A stretch of DNA of 64,000 nt from Patescibacteria group bacterium. Its GTDB lineage: Bacteria; Patescibacteriota; Patescibacteriia; UBA9934. The notes beneath the pieces are model-generated. The model ran no database searches. It saw only the letters and a list, made by a program, of their open reading frames with translations, and had not been told where the DNA came from. The translations under genes and the position numbers were made by a program. How positions within the stretch are numbered: the first letter of the stretch is position 1; each line of letters starts with the position of its first letter. This document shows positions 59,921 to 64,000 of the stretch, piece by piece. The DNA lies in the NCBI GenBank assembly GCA_038064675.1, contig JBBTSM010000005.1:4686-68685 (forward strand), given 5' to 3'.

Positions 59921-61111
59921 CTAGAACGTTCCGCCGATCCTCACCCCGTTGCCGGTTGGGACCACCGTGGCCGTGTGGCCGTGGCCGTTGTCGATCAGGG
60001 TGATCGTCCCCAGCGTGATGCCCGCGAGTCCGAGGACTCCGGTCGCCACCGAGCCGATGAGACCGTTGCGGTAGCCACCCACTGCGTCATCGAGCTGCGC
60101 CTGCGTCTCCCCACCGTTGGTGTTGTAGCCAACGAGGAGATCGTAGTTGTGACCCGACGTCGCGCCGAGCGCGATGGACGCCACGCTGAACGCTGCGCCG
60201 CCGCCGACCTCGATCCACCCGATCGGCGCCTTGCCCTTGGGCTTGGTGAGCGCCGTGGTGGGGAGGGTGGCGACGATGACGGGCTTCTTGATGCCGCCGC
60301 CGGGGAACATCTGGCGGCCGGTGTTGTCGGTCCACTGGTCGTTCGGGTCCACGCCCGTTGAGAACGCGATCTCCAGGAGCGGAGCATTCGTGCGGAGCCC
60401 GAGTACCAGGTCTCCCATGCTCATCGTTCCGCCCTTGCTGGCCGCGACGGTCTTGGCGAAGGCTGTGAGGAGTCCACCTGCGCTGTACTTGCCCTCCGGG
60501 CCCGCGCTGATCGCGAACCCATCCGACATTTCCGCATCGCGCCAATCGTTGGCCGTGAAGCCGAACGTCGGGCCCAGGTCGCTGGTGGACTTGGACACGT
60601 CGTGCGACGCGTCCAGCACACCGATCGCCACGTCGCTGAGGGTCTTCATGCGGGTCGTGATGTCCGACCATGGGATGCCACCGCCCGGGCACATCGCAAC
60701 CTCGTCGTTCATGTCGCCGCCTTTGGCGAGGCCGGCGTACAGGAAGCCGAGCTTCGCGTAGCGCCCGTCCTCGCCGAGTTCGGCGTGGAGGACATCCATG
60801 GTGGCGTCGAATTCCGTAGGCGTGGGGTTGAACAGTCGAACGACGCGGGTGTCGTTGCGTGTGCTGAGCGCGTCCGCGGCGGCGTGGGCATCGATCGCGA
60901 AGTCCTGCACAGCCGTGGTGTACTTGAGCTGGTTCTGAGTGTCCGTAGGCCAGCACTCCATCACCACGGCGAGTACCGTGTTCTCCGCCTTGCCCCCGAA
61001 TGGGGCAATCTCGACGAGGTGTTCCTCGGCAAGAGCTGGGGTTGGTGCGGCGGGAGCGGGGGTGGCTGCGAAGGCCGGGAGAGTGGAGAGGAGAAGGAGC
61101 AGGCTGGTCAT
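59921..61111 (-). CDS. Secreted high-GC protein, degenerate caspase-like domain and hydrophobic C-terminus
   Basis: GGAGG upstream; signal MTSLLLLLSTLPAFA; FLYAGLA and VLDASH; ends TVVPTGNGVRIGGTF. Confidence 0.7.
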   Translation of the reverse strand: MTSLLLLLSTLPAFAATPAPAAPTPALAEEHLVEIAPFGGKAENTVLAVVMECWPTDTQNQLKYTTAVQDFAIDAHAAADALSTRNDTRVVRLFNPTPTEFDATMDVLHAELGEDGRYAKLGFLYAGLAKGGDMNDEVAMCPGGGIPWSDITTRMKTLSDVAIGVLDASHDVSKSTSDLGPTFGFTANDWRDAEMSDGFAISAGPEGKYSAGGLLTAFAKTVAASKGGTMSMGDLVLGLRTNAPLLEIAFSTGVDPNDQWTDNTGRQMFPGGGIKKPVIVATLPTTALTKPKGKAPIGWIEVGGGAAFSVASIALGATSGHNYDLLVGYNTNGGETQAQLDDAVGGYRNGLIGSVATGVLGLAGITLGTITLIDNGHGHTATVVPTGNGVRIGGTF

Positions 61112-61230
61112 GGCTTTAAGCCTCCGGAAAGGAGCGAGTTGTCGTTGAACCCCCGAAAGGGAGGGCTAATCGTAGCCGAAAATTGCGAAAAGGTCAATTT
61201 GAGAGTAGGCTACGGGTAATTTTTCTTTCT

Positions 61231-62307
61231 ATGCTAAACGTTGGAATTGTTGGGCTGCCAAATGTCGGAAAATCGACTCTTTTCACCGCGCTCACCAAGA
61301 AGCAAGTGGACTGCGCAAATTTCCCATTTTGTACGATTGAACCAAATGTTGGAACGGTTTCGGTTCCTGACGAGCGCATCGCAAAGCTTGCGGCAATTTC
61401 GGGCACCACAAAATTGATTCCAACTGCTATCGAATTCGTCGATATCGCTGGTCTCGTTAAGGGAGCACATAAGGGCGAGGGGCTTGGTAATAAATTTCTT
61501 GCGAACATTCGCGAAACTGACATGATTGTTCACGTGGTTCGGGCGTTTCCGGATCCAAATGTGGTTCACGTGGATGGATCGATCGATCCGAAGCGCGATG
61601 TTGAAGTTATCGAGCTTGAACTTGCGATGGCGGATCTTTCAACGGTCGAGAAAATGCTGAGCACCGTAACGGGGAAGATGAAGGCGGGGAAGAATGCCGA
61701 TCTCGTCGCACAGGCGTCGGCGCTTGAGAAACTTCAGATCGCATTGTTGAAAGGCGAACTCGCACGGGGCGTCGAGTTTACCGATGACGAAGCGATGTTC
61801 ATGAAGACGATGTCGTTGCTTACTGCGAAACCAATTTTGTACGTCGTCAACGTGGACGAAGCTGATGCAACACGTGCAGATTGGGTGTCGCCACTTGGGC
61901 CAACGCGTATGGCGATTCCAATTTCGGTGAAGATTGAAGCAGAGATCGCCGGCCTTTCTGCTGAAGATGCCAAAATGTTTTTGGCAGATATCGGATTAAA
62001 AGAATCCGGACTCGATCGCGTGATTCGCGAGTGCTACAAATTGTTGAATCTCATCACGTACTTTACAACTGGAGTACAAGAAACGCGTGCATGGACAATT
62101 TTGGTTGGCACAAAGGCACCGCAAGCCGCTGCGGTCATTCACACCGACTTCGAAAAGAACTTTATTCGCGCTGAAGTCATTTCCTATATGGATTTCATCG
62201 CCTGCAATGGTGAGGCTGGTGCTCGCGATACTGGTAAACTACGGATTGAGGGAAAGGAATATACTATGCAGGACGGTGATGTTTGTCACTTTAGAGTGAA
62301 TGTCTAA
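61231..62307 (+). CDS. ychF: Redox-regulated ATPase YchF
   Basis: GIVGLPNVGKSTLF, NFPFCTIEPN, DIAGLVKGA, GLGNKFL, IHTDF, TGS domain. Confidence 0.97.
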   Translation: MLNVGIVGLPNVGKSTLFTALTKKQVDCANFPFCTIEPNVGTVSVPDERIAKLAAISGTTKLIPTAIEFVDIAGLVKGAHKGEGLGNKFLANIRETDMIVHVVRAFPDPNVVHVDGSIDPKRDVEVIELELAMADLSTVEKMLSTVTGKMKAGKNADLVAQASALEKLQIALLKGELARGVEFTDDEAMFMKTMSLLTAKPILYVVNVDEADATRADWVSPLGPTRMAIPISVKIEAEIAGLSAEDAKMFLADIGLKESGLDRVIRECYKLLNLITYFTTGVQETRAWTILVGTKAPQAAAVIHTDFEKNFIRAEVISYMDFIACNGEAGARDTGKLRIEGKEYTMQDGDVCHFRVNV

Positions 62308-62319
62308 ATTGAATCGACT

Positions 62320-62664
62320 ATGGCCAATTCTGTTGTCATGCGATCGGAGCGCAAGGCGTTTGATCGACTCAAATCAGGAAAGACGGTTTGGGAAGTCCGC
62401 TTGAACGATGATAAGCGCAAATGCATCGGAGTCGGTGACGAAATTGTTTTCATGCGCCGACCCGAGCTTGAAGATCGATTACCAATGATCGTTGAGGAGA
62501 AAGTTCCATTTACGAACGTGCAACGACTTCTTGATAAGATCGATCTTGCCGATATCGGTGACTACGGCAACGAGCTTGAGTTTATACAACAGTTGATGAC
62601 GCACTACACGCCGGGGGAGATGAATGAGAAAGGATTGGTCGCATTCAAAATGCGCCTCGCGTAA
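62320..62664 (+). CDS. ASCH domain protein
   Basis: FDRLKSGKTVWEVRLNDDKR..IGVGDEIVF. Confidence 0.8.
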   Translation: MANSVVMRSERKAFDRLKSGKTVWEVRLNDDKRKCIGVGDEIVFMRRPELEDRLPMIVEEKVPFTNVQRLLDKIDLADIGDYGNELEFIQQLMTHYTPGEMNEKGLVAFKMRLA

Positions 62665-62722
62665 GGTGTGACACAACATTTGCATCAAAAACGAGCCGAT
62701 TAGGCTCGTCTTTGATGATTGA

Positions 62723-63904
62723 TTAGTTTTTAGTGAACCGCCACATGCGACGGCCGACGAGCTGGCCATCGTGGCGGTAGATGACGGGTTCGTACGGAAG
62801 CGGGGAATGCGTGTAGCCGAGGGGTTCAAGAATGGTGCGGGCATCGAACGCGATGTCTTTGCCCTCGAACGTGTGCACTGGGGCGGCGATGAGGAGCATT
62901 GCTCCCGATCGGAGACTCGGCGCGATCGCAGTGAACGCTTCGCGGTAGAGGTTTGCAACGTAAGAAATGGCGTCGTCTACTTCGCGATGCGTCTCTGTGC
63001 CTTTTCGTGGACGACCGAGATAGGTTTCGGTGACGATGGCGTCGATTGATCCTGGTTTGAGATTTAGGCTGACGGTTTGTGCGGAGTTTGGATACAGCTT
63101 GTATGGCGGCATTGGCATTCCTTGGTTGCGCATCCACTCCAAGTTTTCCTTGGTGTCAGCTGTCGCCTCCGCATTGATGTCGCTTCCAACAAGGGACTGC
63201 GCACCGAGGAGCGCGGCTTCCATGAGAATGGTTCCAGATCCGCAGAATGGATCCATGACTGTCGATGAGGAAACGTCGGCGCCGGAGAGATTTACCATCA
63301 TGCGGGCGAGTTTTGGCGGAAGCATGCCTTGTTTTGCATTGCGACGAGGGCGGCCGAAGTCGCGACCAGCCCAAGCATCCACGTCCTGTACGCCAACCGT
63401 CTTGCCGATGAGAATTTCTGTTGTGCTCACAAAGAAACAATATTCTGCACCGCGTTCGAGGAGATGGTTCTTTGTGATGACCACCGATGAAAGTGTTGGG
63501 GAAGAAGAGATGACGTAGCGCGCTGGATGATCGGCTTTCTGAAGCTCGGACTTGATTTCCATGCCAAGCTTGGATGCATTACGTCGTGCGTTCTCGGTCC
63601 CGCTGTTGTTGCCGAGATTGTACACGCTGGTTCCAAAATGAATTTTGCCTTCAGCAGATTCGGAAAGGAGATCATTCACAAGGAACTCGGCAAGATCGGC
63701 ATGGTTCCAGGTTGGGACGGATCCAATGATGACGCCGATCTTTTGAATGCCGCCAAGCTTGGCGTTGAGCGTTTCAAGGTTCTCGCTCATGTCGTCGAAG
63801 ATCGCAACGTCGCCAACGGTTTGTGTTGGTTTCTGGCCCGTGATGACGGCGAGCTCGGCAAGCGAAAGAGTCGGGTGGCTTCCAAGGATGGCAAAGGTTT
63901 GCAT
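62723..63904 (-). CDS. SAM-dependent methyltransferase (Trm11/THUMP-like RNA methylase)
   Basis: GMLPPKLARMMVNL, DPFCGSGTILMEA, GSDIN, DAIVTE. Confidence 0.8.
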   Translation of the reverse strand: MQTFAILGSHPTLSLAELAVITGQKPTQTVGDVAIFDDMSENLETLNAKLGGIQKIGVIIGSVPTWNHADLAEFLVNDLLSESAEGKIHFGTSVYNLGNNSGTENARRNASKLGMEIKSELQKADHPARYVISSSPTLSSVVITKNHLLERGAEYCFFVSTTEILIGKTVGVQDVDAWAGRDFGRPRRNAKQGMLPPKLARMMVNLSGADVSSSTVMDPFCGSGTILMEAALLGAQSLVGSDINAEATADTKENLEWMRNQGMPMPPYKLYPNSAQTVSLNLKPGSIDAIVTETYLGRPRKGTETHREVDDAISYVANLYREAFTAIAPSLRSGAMLLIAAPVHTFEGKDIAFDARTILEPLGYTHSPLPYEPVIYRHDGQLVGRRMWRFTKN

Positions 63905-64000
63905 ATTGCGCGAAGTGTAGAGAAAATTAAGGAAAGTTGAAAGTATTTGAAGAGAAGAATTGTTTTATTTTAGACCAATTTCTGCGCGCATCGAGCAAAT

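Noticed and set aside
1-64000. Alternative genetic code (TGA=Gly as in Gracilibacteria)
   Set aside because: Long core genes are open under code 11 and several genes end in TGA (rnpA, xerC-like, ATGA overlaps)

Overview
Origin-proximal 64 kb of a small-genome bacterium that looks like Patescibacteria/CPR (Parcubacteria, ABY1/Uhrbacteria-like; inferred from gene repertoire, TrmB expansion, giant surface proteins and SD-less core genes; TGA is used as stop). The window holds dnaN-oriC-dnaA-rpmH-rnpA-yidD, a cluster of three parS sites, five tRNAs and housekeeping genes (tig, pnp, rpsO, xerC-like, polA, holA, rpsT, rmuC, ychF, nfo, comM, lspA, dksA-like). It also has a redox/Fe-S operon and a surface-protein operon. 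Unexplained structure: (1) a dispersed family of ~120-bp fold-back elements hugging tRNA ends and 5' UTRs, one inserted in frame at the start of a gene; (2) an ORF6N gene with a perfect 33-bp palindrome in its coding sequence and variant copies of that palindrome just upstream; (3) four modules of a TrmB regulator divergent from an SD-led orphan gene with a terminator; (4) a ~250-nt structured RNA upstream of dksA resembling the raiA motif; (5) high-GC genes with diderm/myxobacterial-like features; (6) an orphan 5-hmdU-DNA-kinase-family gene. All family assignments come from motif recognition by eye; no searches were run.
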